From assembly GCA_020631995.1 (NCBI GenBank), contig JACKGJ010000002.1, positions 90,773-154,772 of the forward strand: a stretch of 64,000 nt of DNA, read 5' to 3'. A program made the position numbers and the translations under genes. The stretch comes from Candidatus Nomurabacteria bacterium. Lineage in GTDB: Bacteria > Patescibacteriota > Minisyncoccia > Phycocordibacterales > UBA918. Positions 26,215 through 35,154 of the stretch are shown one piece after another. The notes beneath the pieces are model-generated. The model was not told the DNA's origin, searched no databases, and saw nothing but the letters and a program-made list of their open reading frames with translations. How positions within the stretch are numbered: the first letter of the stretch is position 1; every line of letters begins with the position of its first letter.

Positions 26215-27933
26215 TCATAATTCTTTGTTGCCCTGCGTTCTCTGCCTCTCTAGTACTTGGCGAATTACTCGACGTAGATAATTTTCAAAAGTCTCACCCA
26301 TTTCGTGCATTACTCCCTGCTCGTAGCGCCAGCCAGTCATATAGTCACTAAGGTGGCGTTTAATTTCGGGAGTTACTCCTTCAAAGCGCCCTGATACCAC
26401 TGCTGCCATCGGCATTCCTGCCAATTTTTTATAAAGCGGGTGGTCTATGCCAGATGGACCGGTACCAAGGAAGCCACTCTTTTTAAATAGTACCCATTCA
26501 GATAGTAATTGTTTAAGTCCGGCCTCAATTTGAGGAGACTTTAAATCAGTGATTGGCTTTTTAGCTTCTTCTTCCCGCTTGGCGGACGCAGACTTTATGG
26601 CCGCCATTTTTTCTGGCAGGGTTGCAGATGCATTTTGAAGTGGTTGGAGTTTGTCTGACTGGGTACTTTGTGTAGCTGGACTAGGTGCAGGTGCGGAATC
26701 TTTAACCTCGACCTTTCTAATGTCTGCTATCGGTCTTTTTGGTGCGGTTTCACCTTGTTCCTCATCCTTCTTTGACTGTTCTGGAGACCTGAAAAACTTA
26801 CTAGCAAAAGAAGATAGTTTATTGTCATCAGTAGAAGTTTCTGCATCAAGCTCATCGGAAGGACGATGATACAAGCCTTCAGACTGCTGAGGAGGAGTTA
26901 CATTTTCTGGAGTTGGTTCGGGTTTAGGTTCTGGTGTAGTTGTAGCGACTGGTGCCGGAGTTGGTACTGGAGTGGGAGCTGGTTCCGGTTCTGCTACTTT
27001 GGGAGCTGGCGCGTCGGGCTGAGGAGCAGCAGGAGCTTTGGGTTGCTTAGTTTCAGCTTCAACTTCAACCAGTTTGGTCTCAGTTGGTTGCTCTGACGGT
27101 CGGCCTAAACCCTTTTCGATAATTAAGTCGAGTGTAGCTTTGTACGCAGTCTCTAGTCGTGGGAGTGCTTCGGCTCCCCCACCTGTACTTGAACGCTTCA
27201 TAGCGTCAAGAAGAGCTGACATATACTCCCTACCAATTGCCTCATCAGCGTTTATTACATTAACGGGATTACCAACTCGACTGTTGATATCGTGTTTAAT
27301 GGCATCAATACGGGCACGCACATCTGTGACTGGTGTAGTTGTAGTGACTGGTTCGGGAGTTGAAGTAGGAGCGGGTGCTGGCGCAGGAGTCGGCTCAACT
27401 TCTTTGGGTGCGGGTGGTGCTGATTCTATAGGTTGTGGTGCAGGTGTTACGGGTGCCGATGCACTTACTGGAGCTACTTTTTCTTCTACAGATGACTCCA
27501 TCTCTTTAATAGGAGGTGGTACTGGAGTAGGTGCTTCAGTACCGATTGTCTTTACTGGTGGCGCGTTGGTTATTACAAAGTTCGGAGTCGGACGGGTTTG
27601 TCCCAATGAGGAAGAGGTTTGAGTCTTAGGAATACTTGCCTCTTTTTGTTTGGTGGTTGTTTCACTCGCACTATCGTTCACTACTAGTGAGGATAGTTGT
27701 GGGTGCTGCTTTATTTGTTCTAGAATTTGATTCTTAATTGATGTTCTTTTTGCCTCATCACCTTCTCCAGCGTAGGTTAGAAACAGATTTCTTAAAGAAT
27801 CTTTCTCACTAGGTGAAATAGCCGCTTGGCGCAGTGTAGATAACGCTTTCACGACGCCAGCCTCGCCACCAAAAATATCGGTGTCGGAGTTTTTTGCGAC
27901 GTTTAAATCACCCGAAGGAGCGACGGCGTTCAT
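26215..27933 (-). CDS. Large Pro/Ala/Thr/Glu-rich low-complexity protein with a conserved-looking C-terminal domain
   Basis: 572 aa. Long PAPxP/TPEP tracts interrupted by short folded-looking segments. C-terminal about 110 aa is non-repetitive (GFLGTGPSGIDHPLYKKL...GWRYEQGVMHEMGETFENYLRRV). Confidence 0.6.
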   Translation of the reverse strand: MNAVAPSGDLNVAKNSDTDIFGGEAGVVKALSTLRQAAISPSEKDSLRNLFLTYAGEGDEAKRTSIKNQILEQIKQHPQLSSLVVNDSASETTTKQKEASIPKTQTSSSLGQTRPTPNFVITNAPPVKTIGTEAPTPVPPPIKEMESSVEEKVAPVSASAPVTPAPQPIESAPPAPKEVEPTPAPAPAPTSTPEPVTTTTPVTDVRARIDAIKHDINSRVGNPVNVINADEAIGREYMSALLDAMKRSSTGGGAEALPRLETAYKATLDLIIEKGLGRPSEQPTETKLVEVEAETKQPKAPAAPQPDAPAPKVAEPEPAPTPVPTPAPVATTTPEPKPEPTPENVTPPQQSEGLYHRPSDELDAETSTDDNKLSSFASKFFRSPEQSKKDEEQGETAPKRPIADIRKVEVKDSAPAPSPATQSTQSDKLQPLQNASATLPEKMAAIKSASAKREEEAKKPITDLKSPQIEAGLKQLLSEWVLFKKSGFLGTGPSGIDHPLYKKLAGMPMAAVVSGRFEGVTPEIKRHLSDYMTGWRYEQGVMHEMGETFENYLRRVIRQVLERQRTQGNKEL

Positions 27934-28132
27934 ATCACTATTATTGTATCACTGTGTCTACTAACAACACGTGTGTTTGTGTGAATTGTGAACTGTGAAT
28001 TACTAACTTCTTTATAAACTAAATGAAGTTGTGCTGGTTGGAAGAATTTTTGGCGACAGAGCCTTAGATTAAACTAAGGTGACCGAGCCAAAATTCTGAA
28101 ACCAGTGCAAATTCGTTAGTTTTAGAAGAAGG

Positions 28133-29146
28133 CTATCGTTTGGCGAGAATAGTTTGCTTATAGCTGTCCAAATGCTCAAGTGCAATACCAGTACCTTTAG
28201 CGACACAGAAGAGTGCTTGGTCGGCGAGTGTGGCAGATACTCCAGTTCGTCGACGAATCAGTTCTGGAAAATTACGTAGTTGCGAAGTACCGCCAGTCAT
28301 AATGATTCCACTATCCATAATGTCTGAAGCGAGCTCTGGTGGAGTGTTTTGAAAAACATCCTTAATGGCCTTAATCATTTCGCGAAGTTCCTTTCCAATT
28401 GCTTGAACAACTTCGTTGGTCTTTATTTCAGTGATTCGGGGAAGGCCAGTTAGAGTATCGATACCTTTTATTTCTATCGTTAGCTCTTCTTGGACCGGCA
28501 AGGCGGAGCCAATTTTAATCTTTATATCTTCAGCAGTTTTTTCACCAATAGAAAGATTACGAGTTTTCTTTACGTGATCAATGATGGCAGCGTCGATTCT
28601 GTTTCCGGCACACTTCACTGAGTTTGAAGCTACGATTCCACCAAGCGAAATCACCGCCACGTCGATGGTTCCACCACCACAGTCCACTATCATATGTCCT
28701 TGAGGTTCGTAAATTGGTACACCTGCTCCGATAGCAGAGAGAATCGGTTCTTTAACTACGTAGGCGTTTTTAGCACCAGCCTTAATAGCCGCTTCTACCA
28801 CCGCTCTCTTTTCTGTCGAGGTAACTCCAGCTGGCACAGATATCAAAACTTCTGGACGAAAAAAATTCCACCGGCCGAGCGCCTCTCGGATGAAGTGGTT
28901 TAACATTATTTCAGTGACACGGTAGTCAGCAATTACACCGTCGCGAAGTGGACGGTAGGCGTGGATGGTGTCGGGTGTACGACCAATCATTTCTTTGGCG
29001 GCGGTCCCTACCGCTAGAACTTGATTGTCATTTGATACCGCCACCACTGAGGGTTCATTTAAAACAACCCCCTGACCGGGTATGAATACTAAGACACTGG
29101 TGGTGCCTAGGTCTATACCGAGTTTAGGGGTAAATCGTGAAAGCAT
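28133..29146 (-). CDS. Second MreB-like actin homolog
   Basis: LGIDLGTTSVLVF, IVDCGGGTIDVAV and MTGGTSQL phosphate/adenosine motifs. The ATG at 29144-29146 is preferred over the upstream GTG. Confidence 0.8.
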   Translation of the reverse strand: MLSRFTPKLGIDLGTTSVLVFIPGQGVVLNEPSVVAVSNDNQVLAVGTAAKEMIGRTPDTIHAYRPLRDGVIADYRVTEIMLNHFIREALGRWNFFRPEVLISVPAGVTSTEKRAVVEAAIKAGAKNAYVVKEPILSAIGAGVPIYEPQGHMIVDCGGGTIDVAVISLGGIVASNSVKCAGNRIDAAIIDHVKKTRNLSIGEKTAEDIKIKIGSALPVQEELTIEIKGIDTLTGLPRITEIKTNEVVQAIGKELREMIKAIKDVFQNTPPELASDIMDSGIIMTGGTSQLRNFPELIRRRTGVSATLADQALFCVAKGTGIALEHLDSYKQTILAKR

Positions 29147-29212
29147 TACGCTAGAGTATAACAAAACTTTATCCACATTGTCTGATATAGCCTATATGCT
29201 ATATTGGTATGT

Positions 29213-30739
29213 ATGAAAACAAGTGAGACAAATAATTTAGGAAAGCGAATCGCAGACCTACGCGAAGCAGCGGGAATGACTCAGACAGAGCTAGCTCGTA
29301 AGCTCAAGACCACCCAAAGTGCTATAGCTCGTATTGAAGCGGGTAAGCAAAATATTTCGACCGACACATTAAAGAAACTCTCTCGTGCTCTGGGGCGCAA
29401 TGTTTTGTCCTTGTCAGTTGGAAGTTTGAGTCTTGAAATCGTGGGAGGTAAAAAACTTCACGGTACTATTGAAACTAATACCTCTAAGAATGGCGCAGTA
29501 GGGCTTTTGTGTGCCTCACTTTTAAACAAAGGTAAAACTACGCTCCGCCGGATGCCACGCATCGAAGAGGTTCATCGCATCATCGAGGTGCTCGAATCAA
29601 TCGGCACAAGTGTGGTGTGGCATGGTAGCGACATTGTTATTACTCCACCTAAAAAGCAACAACTTGAAAAAATAGACAAGGAGGCAGCGGTGAAGACCCG
29701 TAGCATCATAATGTTTATTGGTGCCCTGATGCATCGCTTTGATAAATTTTCTCTACCGCAATCTGGTGGATGCAAGCTTGGCAGTCGTACTGTCCGTCCG
29801 CACTTCTACGCTCTTGAGCACTTTGGCGTTGATATCAATACGACCGAAACCGCCTTTGAAGTGAAGGTTGCGCCACGGAAAGCTAAGACAGAGGAGCGTG
29901 AGGTAATTCTTTATGAGTCTGGGGATACTGTGACTGAGACCGCTTTGTTTGCGGCTGCTCTCACGCCAGGACGCACAGTTATCAAATACGCCACGTCTAA
30001 CTATATGGTGCAGGAGGTGTGCGCCTTCTTGATGAAGGCTGGTGTATCAATAGAAGGAGTTGGTACTACTACTTTGATTGTTGATGGTCTGGCTGAGTTT
30101 GATATGAATATTGAGTACACGCTTTCTGAAGATCCAACCGATAGTATGTTCTTCTTAACTTCAGCTATTGTCACTAATTCAGCCATTACCATCACTCGTT
30201 GTCCTATCGACTTCTTGGAACTGGAACTCCTGGTATTAAAGAAGATGGGCTTTAAGTATGAGCAGAGCAAACCGTACTTGTCTGAGAACGGTTTGACCAA
30301 ACTGGTGGATATTAAGACAAAGCCGTCTAAACTCATTGCTCCACCGGAGAAGGTTCACTCGCGTCCGTATCCTGGCCTCAATGCCGATAATCTTCCCTTC
30401 TTTGCGGTGATTGCCACTCAGGCTGAAGGCCAGACACTTATTCACGACTGGATGTACGAGAAGCGTGCTCTATACTTCACCGAACTCGACAAGCTGGGCG
30501 GTGACACTCTCTTGGCGGATCCACACCGTATTTATATAAATGGTCGTACACCGCTAAAGGCTGCAGAGCTTATTTCCCCACCTGCCCTTCGTCCGGCCAC
30601 CATTCTCTTGATTGCAATGCTCGGTGCTGAAGGTCGCTCGGTCTTGCGTAACATCTATTCAATTAATCGTGGTTATGAAAAGTTGGTAGAGAGACTTTCG
30701 TCGCTTGGAGCCCAGATAAAATATTTGGAGGAGTTTTAG
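29213..30739 (+). CDS. murA: XRE-type HTH domain fused to UDP-N-acetylglucosamine 1-carboxyvinyltransferase
   Basis: N-terminal LGKRIADLREAAGMTQTELARKLKTTQSAIARIEAGKQNIS (HTH_XRE). The MurA body keeps the catalytic equivalents: TSKNGA (Lys22), SGGCKLGSRTVRPH (Cys115 loop), LNADN (Asp305), ALRPAT (Arg397) and NRGYE. Confidence 0.8.
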   Translation: MKTSETNNLGKRIADLREAAGMTQTELARKLKTTQSAIARIEAGKQNISTDTLKKLSRALGRNVLSLSVGSLSLEIVGGKKLHGTIETNTSKNGAVGLLCASLLNKGKTTLRRMPRIEEVHRIIEVLESIGTSVVWHGSDIVITPPKKQQLEKIDKEAAVKTRSIIMFIGALMHRFDKFSLPQSGGCKLGSRTVRPHFYALEHFGVDINTTETAFEVKVAPRKAKTEEREVILYESGDTVTETALFAAALTPGRTVIKYATSNYMVQEVCAFLMKAGVSIEGVGTTTLIVDGLAEFDMNIEYTLSEDPTDSMFFLTSAIVTNSAITITRCPIDFLELELLVLKKMGFKYEQSKPYLSENGLTKLVDIKTKPSKLIAPPEKVHSRPYPGLNADNLPFFAVIATQAEGQTLIHDWMYEKRALYFTELDKLGGDTLLADPHRIYINGRTPLKAAELISPPALRPATILLIAMLGAEGRSVLRNIYSINRGYEKLVERLSSLGAQIKYLEEF

Positions 30740-30859
30740 AAATTGTTAAAAATCGCGCTCTGTCCAAAAGTCGCAGAAAACTCGCTGCAAAAGCTTAGAG
30801 AATTCTGTGATTTTTTGTTAAAACTTTCAACTTTTAGCTTTACGCTTTAAACTGTCCGT

Positions 30860-32752
30860 ATGTACGTAATCCAAGTCTCTCCGCTTTTAAAGGGTGCCAA
30901 CCTAGAATCTCTAACTTATTTCTCGGGAGTGCCGTACGAGCTTGGGACTCTACTTCGTATTCCGGTCAGAAACAGTGAAGCTACCGGGATGGTGTTGTCT
31001 GTGAAGCCGGTGTCGGCAGCGCGGACCGCGGTCCGCGCTGCTACCTTCTCACTCCGTCGCCTGCCTGAGCAGACTGGCAACGCAAGCTTGTCTCCACTTC
31101 TCATTAAGACCGCCACAGCCTTGCTGGACGAAGTGCCGGCTGGTTTTGGTTCGATACTTTTTTCACTTTTGCCACCGGAAGTGCGTGATGGTAGTGAGCA
31201 ATATCCTTTTGCTCCCGAAAGTACTAGTGAAAAGAGTGACGCTACCGTATCAGTGATTACTGCTGTTACAGAAGAAAGGTGGCGTACCTATAAGAGTCGG
31301 GTTCGTGAAGCTTTTGCTCACCGCGGATCCGTTCTCTTTGTTTCCCCTACCGCCAGAGCGGCTGCGAGTGCCGCCGAAAGACTGCTTCCTGGTATCAAAG
31401 ATCGTGCCATTATTTTCTCACCAGCGCTGACTGCTAAAAGTTTAAGGAAGGCTTTTCAAAGTGTTACCGACCTTTCTACTTCTAAGCTGATTATCGTCAC
31501 CCCAGGATACGCTTTTTTAGACCGTCACGACATCACAGACATTATTATTGATGAAAGTCGCAGTCAGCACTATCGCTCTCGTACCAGACCGTATCTTGAC
31601 TATAAGGCTGCGTTGATAAAGATGGCTTCTATCGGAGGACGAAACGTTCTCTTAGGTGACCTGCTTCATAAAGCAGAAGACGAATACAAGAGAAGGACAG
31701 AAGAGTATATGACCGAAGGTGAGGAACAACTTAGAGTGGCTTTTCCAAACACGGTAAAACTATTAGTAGCAAAAGACAAAGCTACAGGAGACACTGCTTT
31801 CAAACTTATTGCTCCTGAATCAAAGGCGGCACTGACGAAAACTTTAAAAGAAAGAAAGAACGCGTTTGTGTATGCTGCCAGACGTGGGCTTGCACCGGTT
31901 GTGGCCTGTATGGACTGCGGACATATCTTTCGCTGTCCTCATTCAGGCACACCTTACTCGCTCTTTCGTACCTTCAAGGACGGTGATGAGAAGCGCTGGT
32001 TCCTTTCTTCTGTGTCGGGTCGTCGTGTGAAAGCGCCAGACAATTGTTCAGAATGTGGTTCGTGGCGACTTAAAGAGCGTGGGATTGGTATCCAATATAT
32101 TGAAGAAGAATTAAAAAAGCATTTTCCACCTGAGAAGATATTTATCTTTGACCACAGTACAGCTTCGACAGCCAGGAAGGCTGCTTCTATCATTGGAGAT
32201 TTCTATGAAGAAAAAGGGGCCATCCTCATCGGCACAGCAATGGCTATTCCCTATCTTGAGAAGCCAGTTTCGCTTGGCTTGGTTACTTCGCTTGATGCAG
32301 CGAGAGCCGTCCCAACTTGGCGGGTGGATGAGGATTGTCTCGCGCTCTTATTAACACTACGTGAAAATGTGGAGGAGGAATTAATTATCCAGAGTCGTAG
32401 TGAGCCGGATGAGTTAATGGATTACTTACGCAAAGGCCAGATCAGTAATTTCTTCAATGATGAACTTAAGCTACGTGAAGAGGTTGGCTATCCTCCTTTC
32501 TCACATTTGATTCACCTTACTATGAAAGGAAAAGAAGAAGCTGTGAAAATGTTGGAGAACGAAGTGAGCACACTCCTTGCGGACTTCAACTTCTCTTTCT
32601 ATAGTTCACCTGATTCAACAACAGAAAGTACCACTCGCTATGCCTTGCTGCGCGTCAGTAACGAAAAGTGGCCGTGGCAGAAACTGATGGAGGTTTTGCG
32701 TAGTCTTCCACTATCGGTAAAGGTGGAGGTGAATCCAGATCGATTGGTTTAG
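30860..32752 (+). CDS. priA: PriA-like primosomal protein with degenerate Walker A
   Basis: PriA zinc-binding Cys cluster CMDCGHIFRCPHSG...CSECGS and overall collinearity. The GxGKT position reads AVTEERWRTY and DEEH reads DESR. Confidence 0.7.
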   Translation: MYVIQVSPLLKGANLESLTYFSGVPYELGTLLRIPVRNSEATGMVLSVKPVSAARTAVRAATFSLRRLPEQTGNASLSPLLIKTATALLDEVPAGFGSILFSLLPPEVRDGSEQYPFAPESTSEKSDATVSVITAVTEERWRTYKSRVREAFAHRGSVLFVSPTARAAASAAERLLPGIKDRAIIFSPALTAKSLRKAFQSVTDLSTSKLIIVTPGYAFLDRHDITDIIIDESRSQHYRSRTRPYLDYKAALIKMASIGGRNVLLGDLLHKAEDEYKRRTEEYMTEGEEQLRVAFPNTVKLLVAKDKATGDTAFKLIAPESKAALTKTLKERKNAFVYAARRGLAPVVACMDCGHIFRCPHSGTPYSLFRTFKDGDEKRWFLSSVSGRRVKAPDNCSECGSWRLKERGIGIQYIEEELKKHFPPEKIFIFDHSTASTARKAASIIGDFYEEKGAILIGTAMAIPYLEKPVSLGLVTSLDAARAVPTWRVDEDCLALLLTLRENVEEELIIQSRSEPDELMDYLRKGQISNFFNDELKLREEVGYPPFSHLIHLTMKGKEEAVKMLENEVSTLLADFNFSFYSSPDSTTESTTRYALLRVSNEKWPWQKLMEVLRSLPLSVKVEVNPDRLV

Positions 32753-32831
32753 TAACAATGTTGAGACTTCAGACATTTTCTGAGATTTAGGTTATAGTAC
32801 AATTCTTTCAAAAGGTCACGTTGCATAATAT

Positions 32832-33365
32832 ATGTCAAAACTAGTTGCAGAAAACCACCAAGCTCTCCACTCAATTTCTGAATCAGTTACTGAAGAGGAA
32901 TTTAAGGACGGGACGGTAAAGAAATTGATTAAAAAAATGCGGGACGCACTCCACTCATACAACGTGGATGGCTATGTTGGTGTAGCTATTGCGGCACCAC
33001 AGATTGGAGTCGCGAAGCGGGTTTTTCTGGTGGAGGACCAGAGTAAAGATAGAGATGATGCTCTTCCCTTTTTGGTAGCAATTAATCCAGAAATCATAAA
33101 GTTCTCTAAAAAGACTAATGTTGTCGGTGAAGGATGTCTTTCTGTGCCAGAACGCTACGGTGCAGTGAAAAGACATAGTAACGTGACCCTTCGGGCTATG
33201 GATGAGAATGGAGAGGTGTATGAGCGAGGTGCTGGAGGTCTTTTGGCGCAGATATTTCAACACGAGTGCGATCACCTAGACGGTACTTTGTTTATTGATA
33301 GAGCCGAGCAGGTTTGGACTAAGAAAGAGGCTGATGAACTGCCACTACGTGAAGCGAATTCTTAA
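32832..33365 (+). CDS. def: Peptide deformylase
   Basis: GVAIAAPQIG, EGCLS and HECDHL motifs. Confidence 0.9.
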   Translation: MSKLVAENHQALHSISESVTEEEFKDGTVKKLIKKMRDALHSYNVDGYVGVAIAAPQIGVAKRVFLVEDQSKDRDDALPFLVAINPEIIKFSKKTNVVGEGCLSVPERYGAVKRHSNVTLRAMDENGEVYERGAGGLLAQIFQHECDHLDGTLFIDRAEQVWTKKEADELPLREANS

Positions 33366-33367
33366 TT

Positions 33368-34177
33368 ATGAAATTCATTTTTTTTGGTACCCCAGATGTA
33401 GCCAAAGATACTTTAGAGTATCTAGTGGAGAAGGGGTTGCATCCACTCGCTGTAGTTACTAACCCAGATGCACCAAAAGGCAGAGGGCACATAATGACAC
33501 CCACACCGGTTAAGGAATATGCTACCAACCAAGGACTACCTGTTCTCACTCCTGACTCGCTGGACGAGGAGTTTATGAAAGAGGTCAGCGCTGTAGGCGC
33601 TGACCTAGCCATTGTGGTTGCTTACGGCAAAATTTTGCCCGAGGCATTGATTAATTCCTTCCCACAAGGCGTTCTCAATATTCACTATTCACTGCTACCT
33701 CGCTGGCGCGGTGCTGCTCCGGTAGAGTATGCACTTTTAAATAACGACAAAGAAACCGGCGTCACCATCCAAAAGATGGTAAAGGAACTCGATGCTGGGG
33801 ATATTGTGGCGCAACAGCAGATAACAATTGAGGAAAATGACACCACAGCAACTTTACGACCACGACTAATAAAGCTCGGAGCAGAGCTTTTATTAGAAAC
33901 ACTTCCCCGTTATCTCACAGGCGAAATTGTTCCGACTCCTCAAGAAGAAAGCGCAGTTACCTTAGCTCCTAAACTCAAGAAAGAGGCCGGTGAATTAAAG
34001 TTAGACGATGACTCGCAGTTAAACTGGAACAAGTATCGGGCATTTGCGGTTTGGCCTGGGACGTACTTCTTTAAGGATGGTAAAAGGTATAAAGTAACAC
34101 ACGCTTCATTCAAGGATGGAGTTTTTCAGATTGAGAAAGTAATTCCAGAAGGTGGTCGAGAAGTAGATTGGTCCTAG
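33368..34177 (+). CDS. fmt: Methionyl-tRNA formyltransferase
   Basis: FFGTPD..., NIHYSLLPRWRGAAP motif. Follows def. Confidence 0.85.
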   Translation: MKFIFFGTPDVAKDTLEYLVEKGLHPLAVVTNPDAPKGRGHIMTPTPVKEYATNQGLPVLTPDSLDEEFMKEVSAVGADLAIVVAYGKILPEALINSFPQGVLNIHYSLLPRWRGAAPVEYALLNNDKETGVTIQKMVKELDAGDIVAQQQITIEENDTTATLRPRLIKLGAELLLETLPRYLTGEIVPTPQEESAVTLAPKLKKEAGELKLDDDSQLNWNKYRAFAVWPGTYFFKDGKRYKVTHASFKDGVFQIEKVIPEGGREVDWS

Positions 34178-34539
34178 CGTCCAAACCTCATCATCTCTTT
34201 AAACCTACGTGCACCACGCTTCATTAGAGTTTCTCTCTTGCCTTGTTGACTCTGGAGCTCGTTATATAGTTCATTTCGTACATCGTCGATAGCTTTTTCG
34301 AAGCTGTCAGCAGTAGCTTCAGCGCGGTATAGTTTTCCGTTTATTTCTAGATTCACTTCAGCACGATGAATCTCCCCGCTTTGATGGTGGTTAGTAATTC
34401 TTTCAAACTCTAGTTCACATATTGCTGGTGCATCCCCGATAAACTTTTCTAGTGTATTTAACTTGTTCTCGGATATATCTTGAAGGTGATCACGGGATTC
34501 GGTGTTGGTAAATTTATAGTTGATCATTGGAAATGACAT
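34174..34539 (-). CDS. hpf: Ribosome hibernation promoting factor (RaiA/HPF family)
   Basis: Short-HPF pattern: L.DISENKLNTLEKF, AEVNLEINGKLYRAEATADSFEKAIDDV. Confidence 0.8.
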   Translation of the reverse strand: MSFPMINYKFTNTESRDHLQDISENKLNTLEKFIGDAPAICELEFERITNHHQSGEIHRAEVNLEINGKLYRAEATADSFEKAIDDVRNELYNELQSQQGKRETLMKRGARRFKEMMRFGR

Positions 34540-34551
34540 AGCTTTTTATAC

Positions 34552-34776
34552 TTAAACTTTTAATACATCAAACACCTTCGTTGGCGAACGATGTCCGCTC
34601 ACCAACTTTACCTGGCCAACGTCTGTGTTGAATTCTGAAGCTAGGATTTGCCGTAGGCGAACGTTGGCCAAGTTGCGTTCCTTTGGTTCTTTTACCTTGA
34701 TACGATAAGTCGTCGGGTTTTCTTTCTCAATGATTTCTTTTCTTGAGTTAGGTGTGACGTAGACTTTAATGTACAT
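34552..34776 (-). CDS. DUF167/YggU family protein
   Basis: 74 aa. VTPNSRK...NLAN...VKLVSGHRSPTKVF fits the YggU pattern. Confidence 0.6.
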   Translation of the reverse strand: MYIKVYVTPNSRKEIIEKENPTTYRIKVKEPKERNLANVRLRQILASEFNTDVGQVKLVSGHRSPTKVFDVLKV

Positions 34777-35005
34777 AATTCTTTTTAAGGTAGGTAATTA
34801 TGTCGTCGGACTCGTACATCTCTATCTCCTTCTTATCATCCACTAGATATGGTACTTGCCTCTTTCCTCCTCGTTCTATCAGGTCTTCGGCATGTTCTGG
34901 AACAGTGGCAATGTCTCGTAAATCAAGCGTGAGTGACTGTTCTTCAGCAAAACGAAGAACAGTCTGGCAATACGAACAATTTGGCTTGTAGTAGAGGATA
35001 AGCAT
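34766..35005 (-). CDS. Glutaredoxin-like protein
   Basis: MLILYYKPNCSYCQ (CxxC after beta-1) and a VPYL motif. 79 aa. Confidence 0.7.
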   Translation of the reverse strand: MLILYYKPNCSYCQTVLRFAEEQSLTLDLRDIATVPEHAEDLIERGGKRQVPYLVDDKKEIEMYESDDIITYLKKNYVH

Positions 35006-35007
35006 AG

Positions 35008-35133
35008 TTACGGTGAGGCGCGCGCCTCTATTTCCTCAGTCGAGGATGGAGCATGTGCTTTAGTAATGATTAAATAAGCACCGACGAACACTATGATGAA
35101 GGAGAGACCGAGTAATGCGTAGGCATTTCTCAT
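35008..35133 (-). CDS. Possible 41-aa single-TM peptide
   Basis: Own translation: MRNAYALLGLSFIIVFVGAYLIITKAHAPSSTEEIEARASP. Below the track cut-off, and no clear SD. Confidence 0.25.
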   Translation of the reverse strand: MRNAYALLGLSFIIVFVGAYLIITKAHAPSSTEEIEARASP

Positions 35134-35154
35134 ATACGTCTATTATATCATAAA

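Noticed and set aside
27038-27622. 194-aa plus-strand ORF (and 26866-27096) inside the Pro/Ala-rich gene
   Set aside because: These are low-complexity mirror-image frames of the minus-strand gene (Gly/Ala/Val/Ser runs). They have no start context and are embedded in a tightly coupled minus-strand operon.
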